From assembly GCA_046328375.1 (NCBI GenBank), contig JAXLWT010000031.1:607-64606 (forward strand): DNA of 64,000 bases. Reading direction: 5' to 3'. Source of the DNA: Thermomicrobiales bacterium (GTDB lineage Bacteria > Chloroflexota > Chloroflexia > Thermomicrobiales > UBA6265). Both the position numbers and the translations under genes were made by a program. How positions within the stretch are numbered: the stretch's first letter is position 1; the number at the start of each line of letters is the position of its first letter. Below the pieces are notes generated by a model, which had not been told where the DNA came from, did no database searches, and worked only from the letters and a program-made list of their open reading frames with translations. Of this stretch, positions 27,219-36,643 are shown one piece after another.

Positions 27219-28136
27219 ATGACCGAGAACGACAGCATTACCTGGACGCTCGATGGTCACGACCTGGACCTGGGTCATCTGACCAAGGTTCTCTGGCCAG
27301 ATGATGGCCTGACCCGGGAGGATCTCCTGGCGTATTACCGAGACATCGCCCCGGTCATGCTGCCGCACCTGGCTGACCGCCCCGTGACCCTGCGCACCTA
27401 CCCGGAGGGGATAACCGGGCCGTCCTTCTACAAGCGGGATCTGCCGGATCATGCTCCAGCCTGGCTGCGTGCCGTCGACTACACCGGTCAGTCGACCACG
27501 CGCACGATCCAGGTGCCCCTCATCGACAACGCCGCGGGTCTCGTCTGGTTTGCCAACACGGGGGCCATCGAGTTCCATGGCTGGAGCGCCCGGGCGCCAC
27601 GCCTCGACCAGCCGGACCAGGCCATCTTCGATCTCGATCCCGGAGAGTCTGCCTCCTTCGCCAGCGTGCTGCAGGTTGCGCTCCTGTTGCGGGAGGCGCT
27701 GGCCCAGGACGGGGTGCAGGGCTATCCCAAGACGAGCGGCCGGCACGGCCTGCATGTGCATGTCCCGCTGACGCCAGGCGCCGGTTACCCGGAGGTTCGT
27801 ACGTGGGTCAAGCGCGTGGCCGAGAAGTTGGAGGCCAACCACGATGGGCTGGTCGCCGTAGCACGCGGCGCGACCCACCGCGGCGAGGGCGTCACCATCG
27901 ACTACGCGCAGAACAGCGTTGCCCGGAACACAGCCGCGCCGTACACCGTGCGTGCTGCACCCGGCGCAACCGTTGCCGCGCCGCTGAGCTGGCAGGACGT
28001 GGAGGATGGTGCGGTCCGCCCGGGCGATTTCACGCTGCGCACGATGCGGGAGCGTGTGGCAACCCATGGAGATCTCCTCGCCCCGGTGTTGCTTGGCGGC
28101 CAGGAAATCCCACCGCAGGAGCGGCCCCGGAGGTGA
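27219..28136 (+). CDS. LigD-type primase-polymerase (PolDom / Prim-Pol) stand-alone protein
   Basis: ATG 27219 follows GGGAGTGG. AEP motifs: AIFDLDP, KTSGRHGLHVHVPL, VTIDYAQN. It lies 21 nt after the xth stop. Confidence 0.9.
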   Translation: MTENDSITWTLDGHDLDLGHLTKVLWPDDGLTREDLLAYYRDIAPVMLPHLADRPVTLRTYPEGITGPSFYKRDLPDHAPAWLRAVDYTGQSTTRTIQVPLIDNAAGLVWFANTGAIEFHGWSARAPRLDQPDQAIFDLDPGESASFASVLQVALLLREALAQDGVQGYPKTSGRHGLHVHVPLTPGAGYPEVRTWVKRVAEKLEANHDGLVAVARGATHRGEGVTIDYAQNSVARNTAAPYTVRAAPGATVAAPLSWQDVEDGAVRPGDFTLRTMRERVATHGDLLAPVLLGGQEIPPQERPRR

Positions 28137-28145
28137 CAAGCCGCC

Positions 28146-29894
28146 ATGGACTACGCTGACCTGGTCGCGACCTACCAGGTGATCGAGCAAACCTCCAGCC
28201 GGCGCCAGATGCGCGACGCGCTGGTAACCCTGCTCCAACGGACCCCTGCGCCTTTGCTCCCGGCGGTCATCACGCTCACCCGCGGGGCATTGCCGCCGAC
28301 CGCCGCCATCTCCGCTACCGGGATGGCCGAGCGCCTGGCGCTGCGCGCCGTGGCCGGGGCAACTGGGGCAACGGAAGCCGACGTTGCGGCGCACCTGGCG
28401 CGTTCGGGAGACCTGGGGACGACGGCAGAAGCGCTGCACGAGGGGCAGCCGGGCCGTGGCCTCAGCGTGGAAGAGGTCTTTGCCGGGCTGGAGCGGATCG
28501 CGCAGGCAGGCGGGCCCGGCGCCACCGCGCAACGGGTCACCACGCTGGCTGATCTCCTGCGCGGGGCAACTCCGCTCGAGGCCCGCTACCTGGTGCGCAC
28601 GGCGATTGGCACGCTGCGGCTGGGTCTGGGGGACATGACGCTCCTCGACGCCCTGGCGGCAGCCTGGGATGCCGGAGTCAGCCGCTCCGAGCTGGAACGC
28701 GCCTATAACCTGACTTCTGACCTGGGGCTGATCGCAACCCGCCTGGCCACAGGCGGTGAGGCGGCGTTACGTGATCTGCACCCAGCGCTCTTTCACCCGG
28801 TGCGACCGATGCTGGCGGAACGCGTCGACACGGCCGCCGCGGTCATGGCGCACTTCGGAGGCGCGTGTGCCGCCGAGTACAAGTACGACGGTGAGCGCCT
28901 GCAAATTCACAAGCAGGGGGACGAGGTACGCATTTACTCGCGCCGCCTTGAGGAGATCAGCGCCCAGTACCCCGACGTGATCGCGATGGTGCGCGAGCAG
29001 GTCACGGCCCGGGAGGCGGTCATCGAAGGGGAAGCGATCGCGGTCGACCCCACGTCCGGGCACCCACTGCCGTTCCAGACACTCATGCGGCGCAAACGCA
29101 AGCACGACGTGGCGCAAGTGGCAGCAGAGCTTCCTGTTACGCTCGCCGCCTTCGATGTCCTCCTGGTCGATGGTGAAGATCTGACCACCTGCGGCTACCC
29201 TGAGCGCCGGGCTCGCCTGGAGCAGATCATCTCCGCATCACCGCGATTCCACCTGGCGGAGCGCCGCATTGTCAGTAGCGTCGCCGAATTGCAGGCGTAC
29301 TTCGACGAGGTGGTCCGTGCCGGCGCTGAAGGCGTGCTCTGCAAATCCCTGGCCGCTAACGCGGTGTACCAGGCAGGCACCCGCGGCTGGAACTGGATCA
29401 AACTGAAGCGAGACAGTACTGCAGCACTCAGCGACACGCTCGACCTGGTCGTCGTGGGGGCATTTCATGGCCGCGGCCAGCGCGGCGGGAGTTACGGCTC
29501 GCTGCTGTTGGCCGCCTATGACCCCGAAGCGGAAATGTTTCGCACCGTCACGCGCTGCGGGACCGGCTTCACCCAGAAGCAACTGGCAGCCCTGCCGGAG
29601 CAACTGGCGGCGTACCGCCTCCCCCACCCGCACCCTCGCGTCGATTCCCGCATGACGCCGGATGTCTGGTTCGCCCCGGTTCGTGTCCTGGAGGTGACCG
29701 GCGCGGAACTCACGCTGTCGCCTGTGCACACCGCGGCCTGGGGCGCGCTCCGCCCGGATCGTGGCCTGGCGCTGCGCGCGCCACGCTTTACCGGCCGCTG
29801 GCGCGACGACAAGGCGCCGGAGGACGCGACCACCACACAGGAGATCCTGGAGATGTATCAAACCAGGCAGGCTGCCGGGGACAAGCCGCGCTAA
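28146..29894 (+). CDS. ATP-dependent DNA ligase with three domains (DBD, adenylation, OB), Lig1/LigB-like
   Basis: Motif I is AAEYKYDGERLQIH. Others: EGEAIAVD, LFDVLLVDGEDL-type region (FDVLLVDGEDL), EGVLCKS, NWIKLKRD. GGAGGTGA spans the PolDom stop, 9 nt before the ATG. Confidence 0.9.
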   Translation: MDYADLVATYQVIEQTSSRRQMRDALVTLLQRTPAPLLPAVITLTRGALPPTAAISATGMAERLALRAVAGATGATEADVAAHLARSGDLGTTAEALHEGQPGRGLSVEEVFAGLERIAQAGGPGATAQRVTTLADLLRGATPLEARYLVRTAIGTLRLGLGDMTLLDALAAAWDAGVSRSELERAYNLTSDLGLIATRLATGGEAALRDLHPALFHPVRPMLAERVDTAAAVMAHFGGACAAEYKYDGERLQIHKQGDEVRIYSRRLEEISAQYPDVIAMVREQVTAREAVIEGEAIAVDPTSGHPLPFQTLMRRKRKHDVAQVAAELPVTLAAFDVLLVDGEDLTTCGYPERRARLEQIISASPRFHLAERRIVSSVAELQAYFDEVVRAGAEGVLCKSLAANAVYQAGTRGWNWIKLKRDSTAALSDTLDLVVVGAFHGRGQRGGSYGSLLLAAYDPEAEMFRTVTRCGTGFTQKQLAALPEQLAAYRLPHPHPRVDSRMTPDVWFAPVRVLEVTGAELTLSPVHTAAWGALRPDRGLALRAPRFTGRWRDDKAPEDATTTQEILEMYQTRQAAGDKPR

Positions 29895-30703
29895 CGAGGC
29901 GCAGCTTCTGCTGCCTCCGCTTCCCGCAGCAGCACCGCGATGATCTCCGCCAGGCGCGTGCCCGCCGCGGCCAGGATCTCCCGCCCGATCTCCGGCGTAG
30001 CGGACCGCGCATCACCCGTGACGCCGTTGCGCGTGCGCTCGTGATAGGGCCGGGCCAGGATACCGCCGTACTGCGCCAGCAAGGCCTGTGATTCAGGCAT
30101 GGCATCCACGACGTCCGGTCCAGTGGCTGCCTGCGGCTTCCCTCGCTGCGGCATCACGGCCATCACGACCGCCGCTTCGTCGGCGCCACCGTGGCCGATC
30201 CCGCTGGCCGGCAACCGCTTCCTCGCCTCCTCCTCGATCAGGGCGTAGCCGAAGATGGAGGCCACCACCTCTGCCCCGGTGAACTGCTTGATCTCCTCAC
30301 AGGCCGTGGCGATCACCGCCGTGTTCCCGCCGTGCCCATTCACGAACAGGAAGCGCTGCACGCCGTGCGCGTGCAGGGAGGAGACGATGTCCTCCAGGAT
30401 GGCGGTCAGGGTCTCCGGGCGCAGCGTGATCGTGCCAGGGAAGTGCATGTGGTGCCAGGAGATTCCCCACGGAATTGCAGGCGCCACGGCCACGCGCGGC
30501 CCAGCCAGTGCGGCCGCTGCCTGGCAGAGTGACTCCGCGCTCACGGTATCGGTGGAAACCGCGATGTTCGGGCCGTGCTGCTCGTGCGCCCCGACGGGGA
30601 TCAGGACCAGGTCAAGACGGGGTAGGAGGTCGGCCGTCTCAGGTGAGGAAAGATCGGCCAGCAGCAATGGGCCGCCGGTGAGATTGGAGCTCGACTCGCT
30701 CAT
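29891..30703 (-). CDS. Creatininase-family amidohydrolase
   Basis: Family strings: LIPVGAHEQHGPNIAVSTD...WGISWHHMHFPGTITL...RFLFVNGHGGN...HGGADEAA. I preferred ATG 30703 (30709 is also possible) over track start 31069. Its stop overlaps the ligase stop by 4 nt (convergent). Confidence 0.85.
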   Translation of the reverse strand: MSESSSNLTGGPLLLADLSSPETADLLPRLDLVLIPVGAHEQHGPNIAVSTDTVSAESLCQAAAALAGPRVAVAPAIPWGISWHHMHFPGTITLRPETLTAILEDIVSSLHAHGVQRFLFVNGHGGNTAVIATACEEIKQFTGAEVVASIFGYALIEEEARKRLPASGIGHGGADEAAVVMAVMPQRGKPQAATGPDVVDAMPESQALLAQYGGILARPYHERTRNGVTGDARSATPEIGREILAAAGTRLAEIIAVLLREAEAAEAAPR

Positions 30704-30892
30704 GATCATGCCTCGGGCGTTCGCGGTGTCCAGTGGCGCGGATGGTAGTAGAGACCGTGCCACCCTGCCCTCCTGCTGCAACCTCGTTCGCACAGATGTG
30801 CTACGTTCTCGCGCCGTGCTGACCCGTGCCGCACGAGGAGTCATGGCACCCCAGAGCCCGTGCTTGGGTGGTTCAGGCAGGAGCAACGCACC

Positions 30893-31186
30893 ATGTATGG
30901 CTTGATCGGCAAGATGAAAACGCAACCCGGCCAGCGCGACGCGCTCATCGCCCTGATGCTGCAAGGCACGACGGCGATGCCTGGCTGCATCAGCTACATC
31001 GTGGCGCGGGACACGACCGATCCGGACGCCATCTGGGTCACAGAGGTCTGGGACAGCCCGGAGAGCCACAAGGCGTCACTGAGCCTGCCAGAGGTCCGGG
31101 ACACTATTGCCCAGGCCATGCCCCTTATCGCGGCCTTCGAGCCTGGCGCCGAGACGGAACCAGTGGGCGGCGTCGGTCTGCCCTAG
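30893..31186 (+). CDS. Antibiotic-biosynthesis-monooxygenase (ABM) family small protein
   Basis: Translation is MYGLIGKMKTQPGQRDALIALMLQGTTAMPGCISYIVARDTTDPDAIWVTEVWDSPESHKASL. AGGAG lies upstream of ATG 30893. Confidence 0.8.
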   Translation: MYGLIGKMKTQPGQRDALIALMLQGTTAMPGCISYIVARDTTDPDAIWVTEVWDSPESHKASLSLPEVRDTIAQAMPLIAAFEPGAETEPVGGVGLP

Positions 31187-31213
31187 GGCCCATCTGTCAC
31201 ATGAGAGGAGGTG

Positions 31214-31708
31214 TCAGGCCTCCTCCCATGTCAGGGGCACCTCGACACCCTGCGTCCGCAGCAACTGGGCCAGGGCACGACGGAAATCCCGTAGTTCTTC
31301 CGCAGGCAGCACATTGAAGAATGTCGCATCGTTCGCGTCTGCCAGGGCAGCCAGGCGGGGAGCAAGCGCGGCAGCACGCGGGGTGAGGGCGATCCGAATA
31401 CTGCGCCGGTCGCCGTCCACTGGCAGGCGCCGGACCAGGTCCTTGTCTTCCATACGGTCCAGCAGGCGCGTGAGCGAACCCGGATCGACATCGATGAAGC
31501 GCGCGATCTCCAGGGGAGTGACCGCGTCCTCACGGTAAACGGTGATCAGCACGCTCCACTGCGCCACCGTCACGCCGTGCTCCGCGAGCGCTGCCTCAAA
31601 GCGGGCATGCACCACCCCGCGCAGCCGGTTGAGCCAGTAGCCTGTGTGATCCTGCAGTCCGCTCGGCAACTCATCGCGACGTCGCTCTCTCACACCGTGC
31701 CTCCCCAT
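31214..31708 (-). CDS. MarR family transcriptional regulator
   Basis: The winged HTH region reads VTVAQWSVLITVYREDAVTPLEIARFIDVDPGSLTRLLDRMEDKDLVRRLPVDGDRRS. GGGGAGA lies before the ATG. It is divergent from the VOC gene. Confidence 0.9.
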   Translation of the reverse strand: MGRHGVRERRRDELPSGLQDHTGYWLNRLRGVVHARFEAALAEHGVTVAQWSVLITVYREDAVTPLEIARFIDVDPGSLTRLLDRMEDKDLVRRLPVDGDRRSIRIALTPRAAALAPRLAALADANDATFFNVLPAEELRDFRRALAQLLRTQGVEVPLTWEEA

Positions 31709-31760
31709 GTGTCTCCCCTATGATTGCTCTGGCAATTCTCGCTTCGGCAAGGAGACGTTC

Positions 31761-32273
31761 GTGGAATCGATTCGCTTCAAGGGTCCCGCCGCCTACATCG
31801 CCGATCTCGATCGCTCACGCGCATTCTATGAGGACTTGCTCGGGTTGACTGTCCTGCGGGTGATGTCCCGCGGGGCGACACCGATCGCCGTCGCGTACAC
31901 CGAGGGGCTCTCCATCTGGCTCGCCAGCGATGCCTACGCCTCCATCTGCGGCAACGCCAGCCTGGCTCCCCAGAACCTGCGTGGCGGCAACTGGGAGAAC
32001 ACATTCGAGACGGAGGGGTATGCGGAGATCTACGCCCGCTTGCGGGATGCCGGCGCGGAGTTCCTGTACGAGCCGCGCACGCTGCCGTGGGGACAGCGTG
32101 GATTTCGTGTCTACGACCCTGATGGGCACATCCTGGATATCTCTGAGACGATGAACGCCTCCGTGCGGCGGCAGGCAACGGAAGGGAAGACGCCGGAGGA
32201 GATCAGCGCCACGAGCGGCTTCACCGTGGACGAGGTCAGGCAGATGGTGGCGGGAACTGGCGCCTCAGCCTGA
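31761..32273 (+). CDS. VOC (glyoxalase/bleomycin-resistance) family protein
   Basis: GTG 31761 follows AAGGAGA at 5 nt. Family strings: VESIRFKGPAAYIADLDRSRAFYEDLLGLTV...WGQRGFRVYDPDGHILDI. Confidence 0.8.
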   Translation: MESIRFKGPAAYIADLDRSRAFYEDLLGLTVLRVMSRGATPIAVAYTEGLSIWLASDAYASICGNASLAPQNLRGGNWENTFETEGYAEIYARLRDAGAEFLYEPRTLPWGQRGFRVYDPDGHILDISETMNASVRRQATEGKTPEEISATSGFTVDEVRQMVAGTGASA

Positions 32274-32351
32274 GTCCGGAAGGAGCTGGCAACCAGGCAG
32301 CAGGCGTAACGGAAGCGGCGGGCGCGGTCCCATGCCAGCCATCAGGCAGGG

Positions 32352-33536
32352 TCACGGCTCGCCGCGCGGGCGCAGGCCCGGGAGCCGCATCGACTGATGC
32401 TCCATGTGCAGCATGCGCATCGCAATGACCAGGCAGGCAAACGCCGCGACGATCAACGGCGCCACAATGCCGAAGCCCCAGCGCATGCCGACGAGGTCGG
32501 CAATAGCGCCGACCACTAACGGCGCCAGCAGCAGCGCGCTCCCCGCGGCAACTGCCAGGCGTGCGGTCGCGACGTCGATCATGTCGGGAACGGCGCCGGT
32601 CGCCACCCCGACGGTGAGCGGGTAGAAGTTGGCAATACCCAGCCCGGCGACAAAGAGCCCAATCAGGCTCAAAGCCGCGCCCGGAGCCAGCCAGAAGATC
32701 AGGAACCCGCCCAGCGCGATCGCCAGCGCGGCGTAGAGGAGATGAGCGCTGGTGAAGCGCCAGGCCAGGCGTGAGCCAATGAGCCGCCCGCCCGCCATGG
32801 CGACAAAGAAGAGCGTCATGGCGGACGCGGCCAGCGCGGGTTCGAGGTGTACGACCGAGGCAAGGAACTCCGCGCCCCAGTAAGCCACGCACCACTCCAC
32901 CGCCGCAACCAGGAAGAGCACCAGCGCCAGCACCCAGAACGCCGGGGGTAGCGTGCGCCGTGCATCGCCCGCTGTGCGGGCCATCGAACTCTCCGGAAAA
33001 CGCACCTGCCGGAACGTCAACCAGAGCAGCAGCGCCCACGGGGCAGTGAGCACCAGCGCCAGCGGCCAACCTACCCCCGCTGCGGCGAGCGACCCGACGA
33101 TGAGCGGCGCCAGCACCGCACACGTGGTGGCGGCCACGTTCGATTCCGCCAGGGCGATGGTGCGCCGCTCACCGTGGATATCGGCCAGCACCGACTGGTT
33201 CGCCATGAGCGAGAAATTGCCCAGCAGCCCCATGCAGAACGCGCCGAGAATGGTCCCCACGACCACCGGGCTGAACGCGATAAGCAACGCGCCGCCACTC
33301 ATACCCGCGATGCCGCCCCACAACGCAGCCGTCCGGCCGATCCGCAGCACCACGCGCTCACCCACGAGCCCGGAGATGACAGCGCCCAGGGCGACCGCAG
33401 AAAAGTGAAGGCTGGCCACGGCGTAGCTGAGGTGCAACTCCTCCCGCAGAAAGGGCATCACCGGACCAAGCGCGGTCTCCAGGTAGGCAAAGAGGCCGAG
33501 AAGCAGGTACGCCGCCCACGTGCGCCGGTCGCGCAC
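32352..33536 (-). CDS. MFS transporter
   Basis: 394 aa with about 12 hydrophobic helices. An MFS-type loop (GERVVLRIGR) follows TM2. Confidence 0.9.
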   Translation of the reverse strand: MRDRRTWAAYLLLGLFAYLETALGPVMPFLREELHLSYAVASLHFSAVALGAVISGLVGERVVLRIGRTAALWGGIAGMSGGALLIAFSPVVVGTILGAFCMGLLGNFSLMANQSVLADIHGERRTIALAESNVAATTCAVLAPLIVGSLAAAGVGWPLALVLTAPWALLLWLTFRQVRFPESSMARTAGDARRTLPPAFWVLALVLFLVAAVEWCVAYWGAEFLASVVHLEPALAASAMTLFFVAMAGGRLIGSRLAWRFTSAHLLYAALAIALGGFLIFWLAPGAALSLIGLFVAGLGIANFYPLTVGVATGAVPDMIDVATARLAVAAGSALLLAPLVVGAIADLVGMRWGFGIVAPLIVAAFACLVIAMRMLHMEHQSMRLPGLRPRGEP

Positions 33537-33825
33537 GAACGTTACGGCGGTCGATGGGCTGGAAATTGCGGTCTTCTCCGGTGCGGAACCTGCGCCTCAA
33601 TGGCAGTAGCCTGCATTGTCGCACGCGTGTTTGCCCCGCTGTCGTCCTGACCTGGCGCGCCGTGACACTCAACTGGGTGTCCTGGGCGGCGCCTTGCCGC
33701 CTCTACACTGAGGGAGCCCACCTCCAAGGTGGAAGACCCGGCGCGGTCACGACAGGGGGCCAGGGCTCGTGCAAGAACCCACTCCCACTTACGCCGGGAA
33801 CGCTGGCTGGCGTGGAAAGTGAGCG

Positions 33826-34383
33826 ATGTCGCAACGACGCGAGTACCTGCTGGAAGCGGCCTACCAGTATGTGCTGAAAAATGGGCTGAGCGACCTTTCC
33901 CTGCGCCCACTGGCGCAAGCCATTGGTTCGTCGCCACGGGTGTTGCTCTTCGTCTTTGAGAGCAAGGACAACCTGGTGCGGACCCTGCTGGCTCGTGCCC
34001 GTCAGGACGAACTGGACGTCCTGGAGCCAATCCGCGCCGCGGCGCAACAGGGAGCTGTACAGCAGGAGGAGGTGGCCGAGGTCATCTGGGCATGGCTCAC
34101 CAATCCTGGCCACCGTGGCCTGCTCACGCTGTGGGTTGAGGCCTACGCTCGTTCGCTGACTGTCACGTCTGGCCCGCTGGCGGAGTTCGGCCGGCAATCA
34201 GTTACCGACTGGCTCCCGCTGCTGGCGGGTCCCGTGGAGCCAACCGCCCTCCTCGCCCTGCTGCGGGGTGGCATGCTCGATCTTCTGGCCACAGGCGACC
34301 ACGTCCGCGTCGATGCCAGCGTCAGGGATGCGCTCCACCTGCTGACCCATCTGCGCGAGAGCCTCCCGGCCGAGACCCCGTAG
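33826..34383 (+). CDS. TetR/AcrR family transcriptional regulator
   Basis: The N-terminal HTH reads RREYLLEAAYQYVLKNGLSDLSLRPLAQAIGSSPRVLLFVFESKDNLV. Confidence 0.9.
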   Translation: MSQRREYLLEAAYQYVLKNGLSDLSLRPLAQAIGSSPRVLLFVFESKDNLVRTLLARARQDELDVLEPIRAAAQQGAVQQEEVAEVIWAWLTNPGHRGLLTLWVEAYARSLTVTSGPLAEFGRQSVTDWLPLLAGPVEPTALLALLRGGMLDLLATGDHVRVDASVRDALHLLTHLRESLPAETP

Positions 34384-34475
34384 GCCACGGCGTGACAATG
34401 CAGGAACGCGCCACATGGACGGTAACGGCCAAAACCTGGGAGCTGAACGTGCCGCAAGCAGGGTGTACCAGGTGT

Positions 34476-35027
34476 TTAACGCAGGGTGGACTGGCCCACT
34501 CTCGTCTGCCCGCCGGCTGAGACAGCGAGCGGGAGTTCGTAGATTTGGCCGATGAGGTCGACACCGAAACTGTGGTGCGGCTCCTCAGAGACCAGGGCGA
34601 ACCCAGCGTCGAGGTAGATGCGGCGGGCAGCGGCCAGCGGATCGTTCGTCCAGAGGCGCATCCGCTGATACCCGGCCTTGCGCGCAAAGGCAACGCAGGT
34701 CTCGGTCAAACCTCTCCCCAGGTGATGGCCGCGGCCATCAGGGTGCACGAGCAGGATGCGCAACTGGGCCGTGTCCTCGTCTGCGGCGACACACAAGACG
34801 CACCCCACACGCCGCCCGTCGATCTCGGCGATCCAGCCAGCCTCGCGCGCGGGGTCATGCCCATTGGCGAAGTCCGCGACGATGCGACAGACCAGGGACT
34901 CGAATGTGGCATCCCAGCCAAACTCGGAGGTGTAGACCTCCCCGTGCGTCATGATGATCCAGCCCAGATCACCAGGCTGCCCGAGCGGACGAATTGAGAC
35001 TGCCCTTTCTGCACCAGCCGTCGCCAT
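34476..35027 (-). CDS. GNAT family N-acetyltransferase
   Basis: The acetyl-CoA binding region reads LRILLVHPDGRGHHLGRGLTETCVAFARKAGYQRMRLWTN. I preferred ATG 35027 (MATAGAE...). Confidence 0.85.
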   Translation of the reverse strand: MATAGAERAVSIRPLGQPGDLGWIIMTHGEVYTSEFGWDATFESLVCRIVADFANGHDPAREAGWIAEIDGRRVGCVLCVAADEDTAQLRILLVHPDGRGHHLGRGLTETCVAFARKAGYQRMRLWTNDPLAAARRIYLDAGFALVSEEPHHSFGVDLIGQIYELPLAVSAGGQTRVGQSTLR

Positions 35028-35400
35028 GCCACTATCCCCCGGGACTGAAACGATCGTTTCAGTCACTGTAGCACGCCAATGCCCTGCCCGCGGTCCATTC
35101 CCGAACCTCATGGCCGGCATCGATGGCGCCAGCCTGGTCTCGGTGCCAAGGTGGAATCAATGCGGCCTGAATCATGGCGCGGGGGTCATGACGTCGCGCG
35201 TGGTCGAGGTGAGGTCCTGGATCGGATGGTGCGGACTGCTGCCACGCAGGGCTGGGGTGGCCGTTTGCCCGGCCGCCCGAGCTACCGGCGCCAACGACCA
35301 TGGTGCTCTGCCCGGGAACGTCCTTCGTCGCCTCCGGGACGTCCCGGTTGATGCCCGTCGCGGGCGCCCTTCGCTTCGCTTTCAGCAACTCCCAATCAGC

Positions 35401-35422
35401 GGAATGCGTACTTCTACGGATG
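35401..35422 (+). promoter_or_regulatory. Conserved quasi-palindromic box upstream of a Cys-rich Tat-protein gene (copy 2)
   Basis: The box is GGAATGCGTACTTCTACGGATG. It begins 86 nt before GTG 35487. It matches 11251..11272 at 19 of 22 positions. Confidence 0.5.
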
Positions 35423-35486
35423 TCCTGATCTGCGCTCATCGTTAGCCTGACGTTCAGGCAGTCGTTCCACTTTCTAGGAGGCCACC

Positions 35487-35867
35487 GTGGATGCAGACCA
35501 CCTCGAGGCACTCGTCGCCCGTCTCAACCCACGGCTGAGCCGCCGTCACAGCCTGGGTTTGATCGGTGTGTTTGGCATAGCGAGCGCGGGCCTCGGCATG
35601 GAAGCCCACGCCAAAAAGAACAAGAGGAAGCACCCACGTCGCTGCTTCATGGTCGGCTACGCCTTCTGCGTTGACGGTGAGACGGTCATCGTCAACTCAT
35701 GTGGGAGGAAGAGGTTGCTCAAGCGCGGCGAGACGCCTGGCCGGTGCCCCGACACTTGCGTTCCCCAGTGTGCGGATTGCGCCGCGGGTGACGATGGCTG
35801 TGGCGGCACGTGCGGTTGCCCAACTGGCCAGGTCTGCGTGGAGGCCACCTGCCAGCCAGTTCCGTGA
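35487..35867 (+). CDS. Small secreted Cys-rich protein: Tat signal plus polybasic run plus a 12-Cys domain (family member P3)
   Basis: GTG start with AGGAGG 5 nt upstream. The signal region is MDADHLEALVARLNPRLSRRHSLGLIGVFGIASAGLGMEAHA, then KKNKRKHPRR, then CFMVGYAFC...CADCAAGDDGCGGTCGCPTGQVCVEATCQP. Confidence 0.8.
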   Translation: MDADHLEALVARLNPRLSRRHSLGLIGVFGIASAGLGMEAHAKKNKRKHPRRCFMVGYAFCVDGETVIVNSCGRKRLLKRGETPGRCPDTCVPQCADCAAGDDGCGGTCGCPTGQVCVEATCQPVP

Positions 35868-35920
35868 CGCCCACCCGCCACAGGTGCACTGGCGTCCCCC
35901 GTTTGGGCACTGGCCACGCG

Positions 35921-36583
35921 CTAGTCCTGGCCCAGCAGGTCCAGCATTTCCGGGCGGAACTCGGTGAGGGAACCGAGGCGAAGGTCGGCAGCGAGGAAGC
36001 GGCGATCGTCGATGAGGGCGGGGTCGGGCACCGCGACGCAGCGCATACGCGCGGCCTTGGCCGCGATGACGCCGTTCGGGGAATCCTCGAAGGCGACGCA
36101 CTCGACAGCCGGTACCCCGAGGGCCCGGGCCGCCTCGATGTAGACCGCGGGGTGCGGCTTACCGAATGGCTCATGTTCCGCGGATTGCACCACCGAGAAG
36201 TAGTGATCGATACCCAGGGTTTCCAGCACCACGCGGATGACGTCGCTGGCGGAGGAAGAGGCAATGGCGAGCGGATAGCCAGCCGCCCGCAAAGCTGCCA
36301 GGGCATCGAGCACGCCCGGGTTGGGGACCGAGCGCTCGCGGATGAGATCCATGACTCGGGTCTCGATCATCGCCTCCACGACCTTGCGCGGCGGCTCTTC
36401 CCAGGGATACGTGCGTTGCCAGGTCTCCACCAACTCATCCGTCCGCAGCCCGGTTGTGGCAACGGCGTCCTCTTCTGTCAACGGCACGCCGATGCCGTTC
36501 AGGACCTCGACCGAGGCGATGCGCCAGAGCGGCTCGGAATCGGTCAGCATTCCATCCATATCGAAGATGACAGCTTGCGGCAA
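35921..36583 (-). CDS. HAD-superfamily phosphatase (beta-phosphoglucomutase / sugar-phosphatase subfamily)
   Basis: TTG start. Motif I reads VIFDMDGMLTDSE. Also present: ASSS, GKPHPAVY, FEDSPNG. Confidence 0.9.
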   Translation of the reverse strand: MPQAVIFDMDGMLTDSEPLWRIASVEVLNGIGVPLTEEDAVATTGLRTDELVETWQRTYPWEEPPRKVVEAMIETRVMDLIRERSVPNPGVLDALAALRAAGYPLAIASSSASDVIRVVLETLGIDHYFSVVQSAEHEPFGKPHPAVYIEAARALGVPAVECVAFEDSPNGVIAAKAARMRCVAVPDPALIDDRRFLAADLRLGSLTEFRPEMLDLLGQD

Positions 36584-36643
36584 GGACTTGCACCCTTCCT
36601 GTTCCGTCGTTTCCGCGCCAACGCGCCACGACGTGATTGCGAC

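Noticed and set aside
29891-29894. A 4-nt overlap of convergent stop codons (ligase TAA and creatininase TAG).
   Set aside because: This is a real feature of the sequence, but it is a common consequence of tight packing. I see no evidence that it has regulatory meaning.
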